Shown: piece by piece, positions 27,401-36,386 of the stretch | Position numbering within the stretch: the first letter of the stretch is position 1 | Layout: every line of letters starts with the position of its first letter | DNA from: a virus | Taxonomy: Duplodnaviria > Caudoviricetes | Virus record (IMG/VR): IMGVR_UViG_3300030450_003597 | Coordinates: 1-52,299 of that record | DNA length: 52,299 nucleotides | Direction: 5' to 3' (one strand) | Program-made: the position numbers and the translations under genes | Notes under the pieces: generated by a model | Databases searched by the model: none | Seen by the model: the letters and a program-made list of their open reading frames with translations, nothing else | Told to the model about the DNA's origin: nothing

Positions 27401-30400
27401 TATCTAATATTGAAATCATTAGACCACTAAAAGCTCCTCTGTCTCTCCATTGAGATGAAGTAGCCCAATAATTATGCAAAGTGTCCCGAGCATAATTACC
27501 CGAATTGCCATGATATATGCTTCCAGTAGTACCGTCTAATTTTATATAAGGTTGTAAATTTGCAGCAGGATAATCGGCATCTGCAGTTGTGATATACGGT
27601 TCTATAGCTGTTAATCTTCCTACTAACATAGGTTTGTTATAATTGCCGAATAAATGTTTATAATAGTTTGTTCCCTGCCCATTGTCTACAACATTATTTG
27701 AAAGACTTCCTTCTAAATAACTACCAGCATATAAATTATAATTAATAGATTCGTCTACTATCGTAGGTGTATCAGCACCATTAAAATCACTATTAATCTG
27801 CCATATAGATTCTACCATAGTAGAACTTGGATATAATAAATTTAAATCTATGCTATAAAAATTTACACCTTTTTTATGACCTGGTATATCCTCTGTTTGG
27901 GCATCATTTAAAAGATGGCTCATATATATTCTGCTAGAAAATTGATTATTATTTTCATTATTATTAATACTAGAAGAAAGATTTGAACCTTGTTTTTTGT
28001 GATATATATTATCAGGAAAAGATGGAGCATCTACACAAATATTCATATAATTTATATGTTTTAAATTATCATTATTATCAAAGTTAAATATAGTACCGTA
28101 GCTATCAGATGAGTGAGTACTAGTATTCTCAACAGGTCTAAGCATAACTCCAGATTTATAATTCAAAGATTCTATTTTAGAGATAATACCTGGAGCGAAT
28201 CCTCTTCCATCAGGCTGTCCCGATGTTTTAGTTCCAAAAGCTCCAGTAACACCAAATCTTGTTGGAACAGTATAAAAAGTCTTTCCAAGGCTTGCCATAT
28301 TTCTAAACTCTTTCTTAGTTCCTCCAGAGTGTGTCTCAACTAAATCATTAAATGACTTTAAATAACCTCTTTCACCACTATTCCATTCATAATCTCCTTC
28401 ATCATCATCCCAAGCAGGTTGAAATAGATTATTAAAAGGTATTCTATTCATTTTTTCTTCAGGATAAAAAGCTCTATGAAAAGCTGGAAATTTAGAAATA
28501 CAACCTGTATTATAGACATTATTAACCATATTTACATGAGTTTGATAATCATATCCTAAAGCAGGTGTCATTGGATAAATCTTAGCATTATTTATACTAG
28601 AATTATGAGCTACTGGAACAAAGAATTCATCATCATCATGTATACTAGAAATATAAGTTGCACCGTAATTTGTAGCACCATAATCTGGGTCATCTGCAAT
28701 AAAAATAGGGTCTCCAGCTTGCAATGTAGCAGTCGAATTTCCACTAGCTAATTGTACTTTTGTATACTGTCCAGATGCAACTGAACCACTAGCATGAGCT
28801 GTTAATTGAGGAGGCATTTCATAGTCACCAAAGTGAGCATCAGGACAAGTAGCTAAATATATTTTAGTTTTATTATGGTTGAAATATGGAGTATCTACAT
28901 TTTTAGGAGACATTTTTAAATAATCAACAGCATTTGAATCGTTTATATCTGATATTCCATTTTCAGGTAGAGATGAATGAAAATACTGTTTTCCATAGCA
29001 TGCCATCTTACCATTATGAGCAATCCATGATGATTCATCCCAATTATCTTCTTTGTTGATTAAGAGTATTCCAACAACATGTCCACATACTCTTCTATGA
29101 TATTCTCCATAAGGTCCCATATGCCTATCATTCATCTCTGTGGTCAATGAAGTTGTACTTGGAACTACAAGCCCAGTTCCATCTATTAAACCATCTCTAT
29201 CATTGTCACCCATTTGGAACAATCCAAATCTAGGCTGTCTAAATTTTATCTTTGATTGAAATCCAACATTGTAACCAAAATTTATATAACTTGTATACCT
29301 AGGGTCAGATGTATCCATGTTTGCTATATAATAATCATTATTACTAGTCATATCATCAGTAAGCGCATGTAGCCCTAAAGTATTATAATAATTTGGGAAT
29401 ATTTCAGAATCATGTCCACCATTAAATCCTCCTTTTTGAAAATGTGGTGGACTATTTAAATAAAAATATTCGGTCATAGGTCTTATTGCGCTTAAAGTCA
29501 TTCCCCAACCACTTGGGTTAAGGGTAGCATTTAATACATCAAAAGCACCTGAAGAAAAATTATTATCTACCATTGAGAAATCGGTAGCATTATCTCCATA
29601 CGACCATCCTGTATCTGCCATATGTTGAGTAAATTGAGTGCCTCTATATACAAATAAATCTCCCCATACTTGAGGTCCTCCAATAAAATAACTAGTGCCA
29701 AAAGTAGTTACATCTCCAGCATCACTATTAACGCTCCATTCCATGTTATTATAAGCTACACCATGGTGTTTTACATGGTAATGTACAAAATATTTATCAC
29801 CAGGAAAGTCAAACATATAAGCGGCCTGATTATCACTACCAGTCGACCAAGAACTTGAAGCTGCATTGTTAGCACCATCAAAAAACTTAGTAGAAGGACT
29901 TCTATCTCCTAGATTAAAAGTATCATTATAGTTATCTGCCATAATTGCTTCAGGAGTTCTTCCGCAAAATACAAAAGGCTGATTTTGACTATAACCTCCA
30001 ATATCATTTGCTTGAACCCATAATCTTGTATCAAAATGGTCAGGCTCATTAGTAACATTAGTAGTAACCTCATGTACATATTTTTCATTAGGAGCTTTAG
30101 TTTCTAAAATATCACTTAGTTCATTATATCCTTCATTTGTAGCACTTCCAAATTTAATAATAGGAGTACTCTGACTAGCAACACTATCAAATACTGCTGT
30201 ACTAGAGCCTATATCACCATTTGTTCCATCATTAGACCATTTAAAACTTCTAAATTGCAGTTTTAATACACCTTTTTTAGAAATTTGTCCTGCTGACCAA
30301 GCTTCAGCTGACCTCATTATATCATAAATATGGACTTCTGGTACTCCATCACTATTATCGTAAAATGTAGGAAGAATATATACACGACCACCATTAAGCG

Positions 30401-33400
30401 CAGCTGTACTAGCGCTTTCTTCTTTTGCATAACAAGTTGCTATAGAATTAATAGGAAAATTAAGACTTAAACTTCTTTCTATTTTTCCTGCAAAGTAAAC
30501 CTCATCTAAATTGGTTACATCAGTTTTAATCCTATCTTCTGGCCATATTCTATATATATAAGGCTCTCCTACCTCTATTCCATAGTAATAATAAGGTCTA
30601 TAACATATTTTTCCAGTATTCTCATCTCTAGCACCATCTGATTGCATAAAGCTAGTATTATCTGGGTCTGGGTCCTTAGTATTATATCTTTTACATATAA
30701 AAGCATCACCATCACTATCAGGGTCATTATTTGTAACTACCCATATTCCAGAACCAGTCCACTCATTAGAGGCATCTCCATATTCTCTAATAATTAAATT
30801 ATCTCCTAAACTGACTCTATGACTAGCATGTGTTATTTTTAAAGTTTTATCACCATTATCCCAAGCAGCAGGTAAATATTCAAATTCTCCTGCAGTACAT
30901 ATTTTAGAAATATTTGTAATATTAGAACTTCCTGATGTACCTCCATAATTAGTAAGGGTAGATACAGAATTATCATCTTGATATAATTGGTTATTAAAAG
31001 ATTCACCAAACACTTTATGATTTAAATATCCTAACCATTGAGGACGAGAATCTTCTATAGTACTTCCAAATCCCATATGTAAAGCTCTATTTTTAGATAC
31101 CACAGAAGGACCTGAAGATGAGCTTATATTCAAAGCAGAAATAGGAGAATATATAATATTAGTTGAAGGAGTTTGCAATGTTGAAGAAGCTGAAAATCCT
31201 TCAATAACAGAAAATGTACCTCCATTAAAACCTATAGAGACTAAATCTTTTCTTCCTGAATTATTTATATAATTTGATACTAAATATGAATCTCCAGTAT
31301 AAGTGTTAGCTTTATAAACTGAAGTAACTTCGGATAAATCTAGTAAATCAATATCTATATACGATTGAATTCCTCCTCCATTATGCTTTCCTCTAGATGC
31401 AAATTCAATTGTTAAATCTGATTCTATCTCTACATTCCTCGGTATACTAAAATGAAAGGTAAAATTTCTCCATGTATCTATAAGCGTATCACCTAAAGAG
31501 CTATATATTTCATTAAGATTTATCCATCTTTGCTCTTGTGATATATTTTTAGAGGAATAAGTATCAATAAACCCTGAATTTCTATTATTATTAGACGCCA
31601 TCCATTGACCACTTTTATTTATATACCCACCATTAATTTTCAATGAAAAGTCTAAAGATGCATAATCATTAGTAGCATCATTATCTCTTGCAAAAAAAGA
31701 TAATTTATATTGGCCACCTGCTTTAAGCCTAGATTTAGAAATATCCTGAGAGATTAAATGATTCTTACATTTATAAGGTTGAGAAACAGAATGACTAATT
31801 GCAGTAGTGCCAAAATATCCTCTTAAAACAGTAGCAATATTACCTGATACAAAATCTACTTTCATATATTCTGTGCTACCATCTAATGTACTAGCTTCAA
31901 ATGCTATAATATCACCTCTTGATAACAAGGTGTCTACTTCTGAAGCAAATTGAAGCTTAGTATCAGTTGCAGATAAAGAAATTACTATTGGAACTCTTAT
32001 TCTAACATATTCAGATTCTATTCTAATAAATGAATCATTGTCATTATCATCTCCACCAAAAGGATAATATGCTGTCTCTGCAGCAGCTGTTTCTCCAAAA
32101 GTATAATTAGCAGCATCCCATACTCCGCCACTTGTTTGTATAGATACTTTAGTAGTTACGTCATTATCATAAACATTATCAATAGTAGATGCTTCTCCTT
32201 CTACACCATATGATTTATGAAGCCAATCATTACATTTATAAATAGCAGATGCTCCAGGAGTTATAGTTCCATCTGATACTACATGATGAAAAGTATGGTT
32301 TTTAATTAAATTAGCTTCTATATATACTCTATCAGTAGATTCTGTATCTTGAGTAGGAGCTTCATCAACAGTAAATACAACTGGATTTGTTGTCTTTTTT
32401 AATATTTTAAAACTATTTCCATTATTTGCCGATGTACCAGATTGATATATAGTAATTGTATCACCTTCATTAAATAAAACATCTCCACTCCCAACAGCAT
32501 TACTACTTCCAAGTGTTATTGTTTTATTTGTAGCATCATAAACAACGGCCTTATTACTATCAGCTGATTCTATTTTTCCACATTTTTCTCTACCAGCTTC
32601 ATTTGATGTTTTAGTCAAAAATGAAGCATTAGTATTTACATTATTCCCAGAATGACCACTCCAATCATATAATTTGCATGTAGCCATAGTAGTTGGGAAT
32701 TGATTTGCTGCAGTTTGAGTTCCATTTGTGACTCTATTAGCATAAATATAATATTCATTAGATGTGCTTAATGTTGGAAAAGACTGAGTACCAAAACAAT
32801 TTCTCTTAACTGTCATATTAGTATCAGATAAAGTTAAAACCCTCATTATTTCAAACTCATCTCTTCCTGTAAAAGTATCATTTGTTTGAACAAACGATAT
32901 ATAGTCACCTACATTTAAAACTCCATTATTTAATGGTTGAATTTTATAAGTTAAGGTTAATAATCCAGTTGTTCGAGTTATACTTATTCTAGTCCCATGT
33001 CCATTAGTAGCATTCTCAATTGCTGTCTTTATTTCAGTAGCTATCCCAGCAACAGTAGTCTCTCCATGTAACTGAATTAAAGTATTTCCACCAGAAGTTA
33101 AAGCTCCACTTGTATGAGTTCCACTAGCTCCCTCATTGTTATCTTTTCCAAATTCATATTGAATATTTTTCCCATCTGGAGTTCTAAAACTCATTAATTT
33201 TCCATCAAAGTCAGCTAAAGTAGTTCCAGCTACATTTATCGTAGCAACACCATCATCAAAACCACTTACAGTAAGTTCAGAATCGGCTAAATTTTCAGCT
33301 ATAGTATTAGTTTTAGTATAAAAAGAAATACTACTATCGGTTGCACTGAATGCTGCAGATGGAATAAAAGTATAAGAATCTGTTGTTACACCAAAAAGCT

Positions 33401-33785
33401 TCTCCATTACAGGCTCTATATAAGTAGCAGTTAATGTCTCTTTTTTCCCTTTTGTTCCTACGAAACTTATTTTTGAAGCCGCTTCATCATTAAAGATAGA
33501 TGAATTTGCTATTCTATTTCTATAATGATTAACTACCATAGGACTTGGGTCTGCTACTATAGTATTACCAACTGTTCCCCATGTTACTGGATTTGCGAAT
33601 GAAGTCAACTCTTTATTATAACTAGCTACAATCCTATCATTTTTTATAGCACTTAAAATACCATGCTCAGACATAGGATTTACATTTAATGAAAAAGAAG
33701 GGGAATCTTGAGGAATATCCCTTTCTGAAGCGTTTAATATAGTTCCTGTATTAAAGTTCTTTATTTCTTTTAACTGTCTTGGCAT
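24483..33785 (-). CDS. Giant tail nozzle/stabilisation-like protein (3100 aa) with inserted beta domains
   Basis: MPRQLKEIKNFNTG start (GGAG RBS; likely start 33785). C-terminal beta-propeller-like segment ending GRWLQFKLEN...IGILYRRK, as in podovirus nozzle proteins. Confidence 0.7.
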   Translation of the reverse strand: MPRQLKEIKNFNTGTILNASERDIPQDSPSFSLNVNPMSEHGILSAIKNDRIVASYNKELTSFANPVTWGTVGNTIVADPSPMVVNHYRNRIANSSIFNDEAASKISFVGTKGKKETLTATYIEPVMEKLFGVTTDSYTFIPSAAFSATDSSISFYTKTNTIAENLADSELTVSGFDDGVATINVAGTTLADFDGKLMSFRTPDGKNIQYEFGKDNNEGASGTHTSGALTSGGNTLIQLHGETTVAGIATEIKTAIENATNGHGTRISITRTTGLLTLTYKIQPLNNGVLNVGDYISFVQTNDTFTGRDEFEIMRVLTLSDTNMTVKRNCFGTQSFPTLSTSNEYYIYANRVTNGTQTAANQFPTTMATCKLYDWSGHSGNNVNTNASFLTKTSNEAGREKCGKIESADSNKAVVYDATNKTITLGSSNAVGSGDVLFNEGDTITIYQSGTSANNGNSFKILKKTTNPVVFTVDEAPTQDTESTDRVYIEANLIKNHTFHHVVSDGTITPGASAIYKCNDWLHKSYGVEGEASTIDNVYDNDVTTKVSIQTSGGVWDAANYTFGETAAAETAYYPFGGDDNDNDSFIRIESEYVRIRVPIVISLSATDTKLQFASEVDTLLSRGDIIAFEASTLDGSTEYMKVDFVSGNIATVLRGYFGTTAISHSVSQPYKCKNHLISQDISKSRLKAGGQYKLSFFARDNDATNDYASLDFSLKINGGYINKSGQWMASNNNRNSGFIDTYSSKNISQEQRWINLNEIYSSLGDTLIDTWRNFTFHFSIPRNVEIESDLTIEFASRGKHNGGGIQSYIDIDLLDLSEVTSVYKANTYTGDSYLVSNYINNSGRKDLVSIGFNGGTFSVIEGFSASSTLQTPSTNIIYSPISALNISSSSGPSVVSKNRALHMGFGSTIEDSRPQWLGYLNHKVFGESFNNQLYQDDNSVSTLTNYGGTSGSSNITNISKICTAGEFEYLPAAWDNGDKTLKITHASHRVSLGDNLIIREYGDASNEWTGSGIWVVTNNDPDSDGDAFICKRYNTKDPDPDNTSFMQSDGARDENTGKICYRPYYYYGIEVGEPYIYRIWPEDRIKTDVTNLDEVYFAGKIERSLSLNFPINSIATCYAKEESASTAALNGGRVYILPTFYDNSDGVPEVHIYDIMRSAEAWSAGQISKKGVLKLQFRSFKWSNDGTNGDIGSSTAVFDSVASQSTPIIKFGSATNEGYNELSDILETKAPNEKYVHEVTTNVTNEPDHFDTRLWVQANDIGGYSQNQPFVFCGRTPEAIMADNYNDTFNLGDRSPSTKFFDGANNAASSSWSTGSDNQAAYMFDFPGDKYFVHYHVKHHGVAYNNMEWSVNSDAGDVTTFGTSYFIGGPQVWGDLFVYRGTQFTQHMADTGWSYGDNATDFSMVDNNFSSGAFDVLNATLNPSGWGMTLSAIRPMTEYFYLNSPPHFQKGGFNGGHDSEIFPNYYNTLGLHALTDDMTSNNDYYIANMDTSDPRYTSYINFGYNVGFQSKIKFRQPRFGLFQMGDNDRDGLIDGTGLVVPSTTSLTTEMNDRHMGPYGEYHRRVCGHVVGILLINKEDNWDESSWIAHNGKMACYGKQYFHSSLPENGISDINDSNAVDYLKMSPKNVDTPYFNHNKTKIYLATCPDAHFGDYEMPPQLTAHASGSVASGQYTKVQLASGNSTATLQAGDPIFIADDPDYGATNYGATYISSIHDDDEFFVPVAHNSSINNAKIYPMTPALGYDYQTHVNMVNNVYNTGCISKFPAFHRAFYPEEKMNRIPFNNLFQPAWDDDEGDYEWNSGERGYLKSFNDLVETHSGGTKKEFRNMASLGKTFYTVPTRFGVTGAFGTKTSGQPDGRGFAPGIISKIESLNYKSGVMLRPVENTSTHSSDSYGTIFNFDNNDNLKHINYMNICVDAPSFPDNIYHKKQGSNLSSSINNNENNNQFSSRIYMSHLLNDAQTEDIPGHKKGVNFYSIDLNLLYPSSTMVESIWQINSDFNGADTPTIVDESINYNLYAGSYLEGSLSNNVVDNGQGTNYYKHLFGNYNKPMLVGRLTAIEPYITTADADYPAANLQPYIKLDGTTGSIYHGNSGNYARDTLHNYWATSSQWRDRGAFSGLMISILDKETGCIQTRQIVDSKSQGSSATSDAIYVMVHYPFGHNPSINDYYYIWTPWQACTAPVRLAKQQTIPFEFTNSTTGLVNYNNYPPNNAYIGDPIAKLPMKREWTYSISDNIGSSSSYLELPETEGNKCSVSGSGVVTCTYQHGLTTGDKVWIRKVGIPNPTGYTVTVTGSCEFTVSTTTAITDAYWYAIPIINNISSVQNPIALNFSGAVYRTMFGGFNMRKLREYAVSVTANDSDDLRLSSTAHKLSDGDTVTFKSEMIENENDRTFASASNWTEYSPDGSAPTFSDDGSPANLVITNLADTDPQGATLGTGSLRAVSARTYRITAELWTDSGTLTNVSMGIGGTASDTFSITTTKTYYSKEVVASSDAALIISSTHNGTITWNIDNVSVQDVKISGTFNTKDIATSGANAFDVAHKDEEVLQGRAYTNYWEMFLIESGNGSESRITKIRDNWNSWDRGASEFNLLRNDSSSAVFEDMFMTAAFNNIIINPGSMSTSEGSGNTFETDVRYEYKISFIYDGYQEGPLSSTLYSDSPNSAVGSYNITLAIKNYSRRLTHVCIYRRNGVTDFFRLVKEVSTATGWSQSEEGVWSNLIVDTGKLGATYESRTGMSEILETVDMKYGISTEIDGYLIVGDCSHQKVLNASNMLFRSRPGMFSLFDWVNDFILLKSKPTALANFNGRLYAFDSTNIYRINQETLVIEDIFEGIGCIDKYSVLVTEYGMFFVDITGIYLHDGTIPRKISEPISESGEVDTDFYSLLGGDDNIVDASWKNIVNQPNFTPPSLILDSSTSSVLVVFKINHKEGTNNASTVKYFVWSYNIPQSRWDLWDLCEDSNVGKPFLGTAGEVCIPIGDFIYEYKGGIDYRDYTWVSKKITVGEDSIVKVFNKIKLNGIKENVNLDGSNTNSQNKLLLVTSTGNISNSDTTYSSTSTNDSQYKISSSNKKGRWLQFKLENMDKELDSIGILYRRKSTK

Positions 33786-33851
33786 TTTTCTCCTTGCATA
33801 TCCATTTAATGTTATTATATGAAGATGTCCAGTATTTGTCAGGAACAATCA

Positions 33852-34634
33852 TTATTTGTTCCCATCTAGCATCTCTCCCCATACTGCAGTCCTCCCATCT
33901 ATTATCTGAACTATATCTACTGTAAATCTACCACCTCTATAGTAATCAACTATTGCAAAAGCATGAGCCCACTTATGTTGTCTTCCTCCTAACCATTCAT
34001 TCTTTTCAGAGGACATATCTTTTAGGCATCCTAATGACCAAGCTGATTTAGGTCCATCCATATGCGTTACACTATCTTGTTGCAGGGAATGATGATGACC
34101 ATACATTATATTGGCACCTAGCTGTCTTAGATGATTCTTTGCGTGGAATTGTCCACCAAAATGGTGCCCATGGTAAAAATAGAGCTTTCCTATTTTAAGA
34201 TATTTACCAGGTTTGTGGTATTTATATCCTCGCTCTTTAAAGTTACATACATCTTTAAAGCGATAGTTGAGATAAGGATGCTCTTCTACGAATCTATCTA
34301 ACCATTCATCATGATTCCCTGCACATATATGTTTTTCTTTACAACCAACTTTGTCCAGAGACTCGTCTATTATATCAAGTAACTCGTTTACTGCTTTTAT
34401 ATCTTCGTCGACCCTTGGCATTATATATTCCAAAGGTGGTTTCTTCTTTCTTTTCCACTGCCAATGAGAAACGCTTGAGAACTCTCCGAGGTCACCTAAA
34501 TCTACATATATATCAGGTTTAACCAGTTCTATTGCTTGACATACAACCTTGATAGCAGCTTTATCATATATAGGTGCATGTTTATCTGGAGTAACTATAG
34601 CACGCTTTAGTACTCCTCCACTTTTCTTTTTCAT
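33852..34634 (-). CDS. Calcineurin-like metallophosphoesterase
   Basis: PDKH, LGD, GNHD, HGH and GHHH motifs. Confidence 0.9.
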   Translation of the reverse strand: MKKKSGGVLKRAIVTPDKHAPIYDKAAIKVVCQAIELVKPDIYVDLGDLGEFSSVSHWQWKRKKKPPLEYIMPRVDEDIKAVNELLDIIDESLDKVGCKEKHICAGNHDEWLDRFVEEHPYLNYRFKDVCNFKERGYKYHKPGKYLKIGKLYFYHGHHFGGQFHAKNHLRQLGANIMYGHHHSLQQDSVTHMDGPKSAWSLGCLKDMSSEKNEWLGGRQHKWAHAFAIVDYYRGGRFTVDIVQIIDGRTAVWGEMLDGNK

Positions 34635-34645
34635 TCAAAAAACTC

Positions 34646-34972
34646 CTAGTTATATTCTCTCCTAGGAATGCGTCCCCAACAATTAGGGACAGTCCAACAC
34701 TCTTTAGCATTTTGTAACTCTATCTCAGTTTCGTCTGCTTCATATTTTAAAAACATTTCGTAGCAACTTTCGCATTCCCAAAGAAGGACACCATTTTTTG
34801 CGCCCATAATTTCAACTCCCACCATTTCTGATGAATTACATGAAGGACAAGTATGAGGATTATCTCTATAAATTTGCTTTTGATTTTTAACTAATCTATC
34901 AAGCAATCTTCCTTTAATCCTATCTACCAAATCCTCCACTAGAATCATTCGATTAGGGAGTTCTTTGTCCAT
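34646..34972 (-). CDS. Zn-ribbon protein
   Basis: CPSC...WECESC. Confidence 0.7.
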   Translation of the reverse strand: MDKELPNRMILVEDLVDRIKGRLLDRLVKNQKQIYRDNPHTCPSCNSSEMVGVEIMGAKNGVLLWECESCYEMFLKYEADETEIELQNAKECWTVPNCWGRIPRREYN

Positions 34973-35124
34973 TATGATAATGACTTCTTAACCTCAGCCC
35001 AAATCTTATCATCTAAATCGTTTTCACTTTTCTTTACTAACCAATCGCCTAATCTTAATAAGATTGCAATAAGCACTTTTTGACTTAGCATTTTAGTTGC
35101 TATAGCTCCTAATACTGAACCCAT
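34972..35124 (-). CDS. Small amphipathic protein (50 aa)
   Basis: MGSVLGAIATKML...NDLDDKIW; AGGAG RBS; TAATG overlap. Confidence 0.65.
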   Translation of the reverse strand: MGSVLGAIATKMLSQKVLIAILLRLGDWLVKKSENDLDDKIWAEVKKSLS

Positions 35125-35265
35125 TTACTTCTCCTTTTTTTGCTTTAACTTTTTTTTGCAACAATCGCAAGTTACAAAATCTCTTTGTGGATGGGAGCTT
35201 AATTCAAGTTTAGCTAGCCTTAATTTAATATCCGATAATTCAAGCTCAAACTCTTTCTTCCACAT
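35125..35265 (-). CDS. Small hypothetical protein
   Basis: Fills a gap in the coupled run (MWKKEFELEL...HPQRDFVTCDCC). Confidence 0.5.
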   Translation of the reverse strand: MWKKEFELELSDIKLRLAKLELSSHPQRDFVTCDCCKKKLKQKKEK

Positions 35266-35270
35266 ATTAT

Positions 35271-35408
35271 CTATTCCCATTTGTCTTCATCTTCTGCGAT
35301 ACTATCATCAAGCATTTCATCAATCTCTAGCATAACCCTATAGTATATTACTAATCCTCCTCCAAATACTATGCAGAATCCTGCTATAAATGGCAAAATG
35401 CCTTCCAT
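35271..35408 (-). CDS. Small single-TM membrane protein
   Basis: GAGG RBS; hydrophobic N-half and acidic tail. Confidence 0.55.
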   Translation of the reverse strand: MEGILPFIAGFCIVFGGGLVIYYRVMLEIDEMLDDSIAEDEDKWE

Positions 35409-35410
35409 AA

Positions 35411-35584
35411 TTAACCTCTTATTTTCGCGTATAGAGTCATTATTCCAACTACTATACCAATTGATAATGATACAAACGTTAGAATAGGGTTTAAAACCTT
35501 TAAAAAGCCTATTAACGTTGAGAAAAAGCTAGTACCCATACCTATCTCAGGGTAGGTAGATAAAACTCGCAAAGTGTCCTTCAT
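35411..35584 (-). CDS. Holin-like small membrane protein
   Basis: Two hydrophobic segments; located in a lysis-like cluster. Confidence 0.5.
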   Translation of the reverse strand: MKDTLRVLSTYPEIGMGTSFFSTLIGFLKVLNPILTFVSLSIGIVVGIMTLYAKIRG

Positions 35585-35964
35585 TCTTCCTCCTCGCAAT
35601 CATCCCATTTAGATAAGTCTAACATAGGTAATGGTTTCTCTATCATATGACTTTTTAATTCTCCATTTTGAACCGCTACTTTATTTCCACCTTTTATATA
35701 AGGCTTTCCATCTACACATCCTACAGAGTAAACAAATAAAATAGTTTTCCATATACCTACACGCACAACACGAGCAGGTTTACCATCAAAATGAATCACA
35801 TCATCAGTATTTAAGTCATTTCCAAGGAAGATTTTCAAACCCTCTACAGCCGATTCAATGGTAGATTTAAATATAAAGAGGAATCCTCCTGTTATAATTA
35901 AAAAAGCATAATCTCCTAATAAACTTTTTAAATAATCTTCCATTTTAACCGATGCTTTCTCCAT
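35581..35964 (-). CDS. Membrane protein with an MscS-like beta domain
   Basis: TM helix followed by DDVIHFDG...VVRVGIWKT. Confidence 0.5.
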   Translation of the reverse strand: MEKASVKMEDYLKSLLGDYAFLIITGGFLFIFKSTIESAVEGLKIFLGNDLNTDDVIHFDGKPARVVRVGIWKTILFVYSVGCVDGKPYIKGGNKVAVQNGELKSHMIEKPLPMLDLSKWDDCEEEE

Positions 35965-35966
35965 AG

Positions 35967-36116
35967 TTATTTTTTAGATTTCTTATCTTCTTCCTTAGTT
36001 TCTTCTTCTATCATTGATTGAAGAAACTCTATTGCTCCTTGACACTTTATAAAAAGCTCTCTAGCTTGTTCTTGTTGACTCTTAAGATTCTTTACTTTCT
36101 CTTCTAGATTTGACAT
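35967..36116 (-). CDS. Small coiled-coil protein (tail-fibre associated)
   Basis: MSNLEEKVKNL...QGAIEFL; GAGG RBS. Confidence 0.6.
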   Translation of the reverse strand: MSNLEEKVKNLKSQQEQARELFIKCQGAIEFLQSMIEEETKEEDKKSKK

Positions 36117-36137
36117 TTACTTTGACCTCTTTTATTA

Positions 36138-36386
36138 TTATAAAGCTTTAATATCTGTAATAATTTTATCAAGTTCAGCTAAATCAGCTTCTAATCCAGA
36201 TTTCTCAGCTTCTAATCTTCTTTTTTCTGATTCATAATCACTTAAGTCGACATTTGCAACTGAGTCACTTAAAGTTTCTCCCGTAGATGCATCAAATCTT
36301 TTTTCAGTCAATGATACAACATCCCCATCTTTTGAGAAAGAAACTTTATTTGCTGATTTTAATGTTGAATAATTCTTTAATTTCAT
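36138..36386 (-). CDS. Hypothetical protein downstream of the tail fibre
   Basis: TAATG overlap with the fibre gene. Confidence 0.65.
   Translation of the reverse strand: MKLKNYSTLKSANKVSFSKDGDVVSLTEKRFDASTGETLSDSVANVDLSDYESEKRRLEAEKSGLEADLAELDKIITDIKAL

Noticed and set aside
26600-30850. Link between the H-x-L-x-x-GD barrels of the tail protein (E1-FCCH-like) and the ubiquitin operon
   Set aside because: Such barrels are common structural modules in phage tail proteins regardless of Ubl systems.
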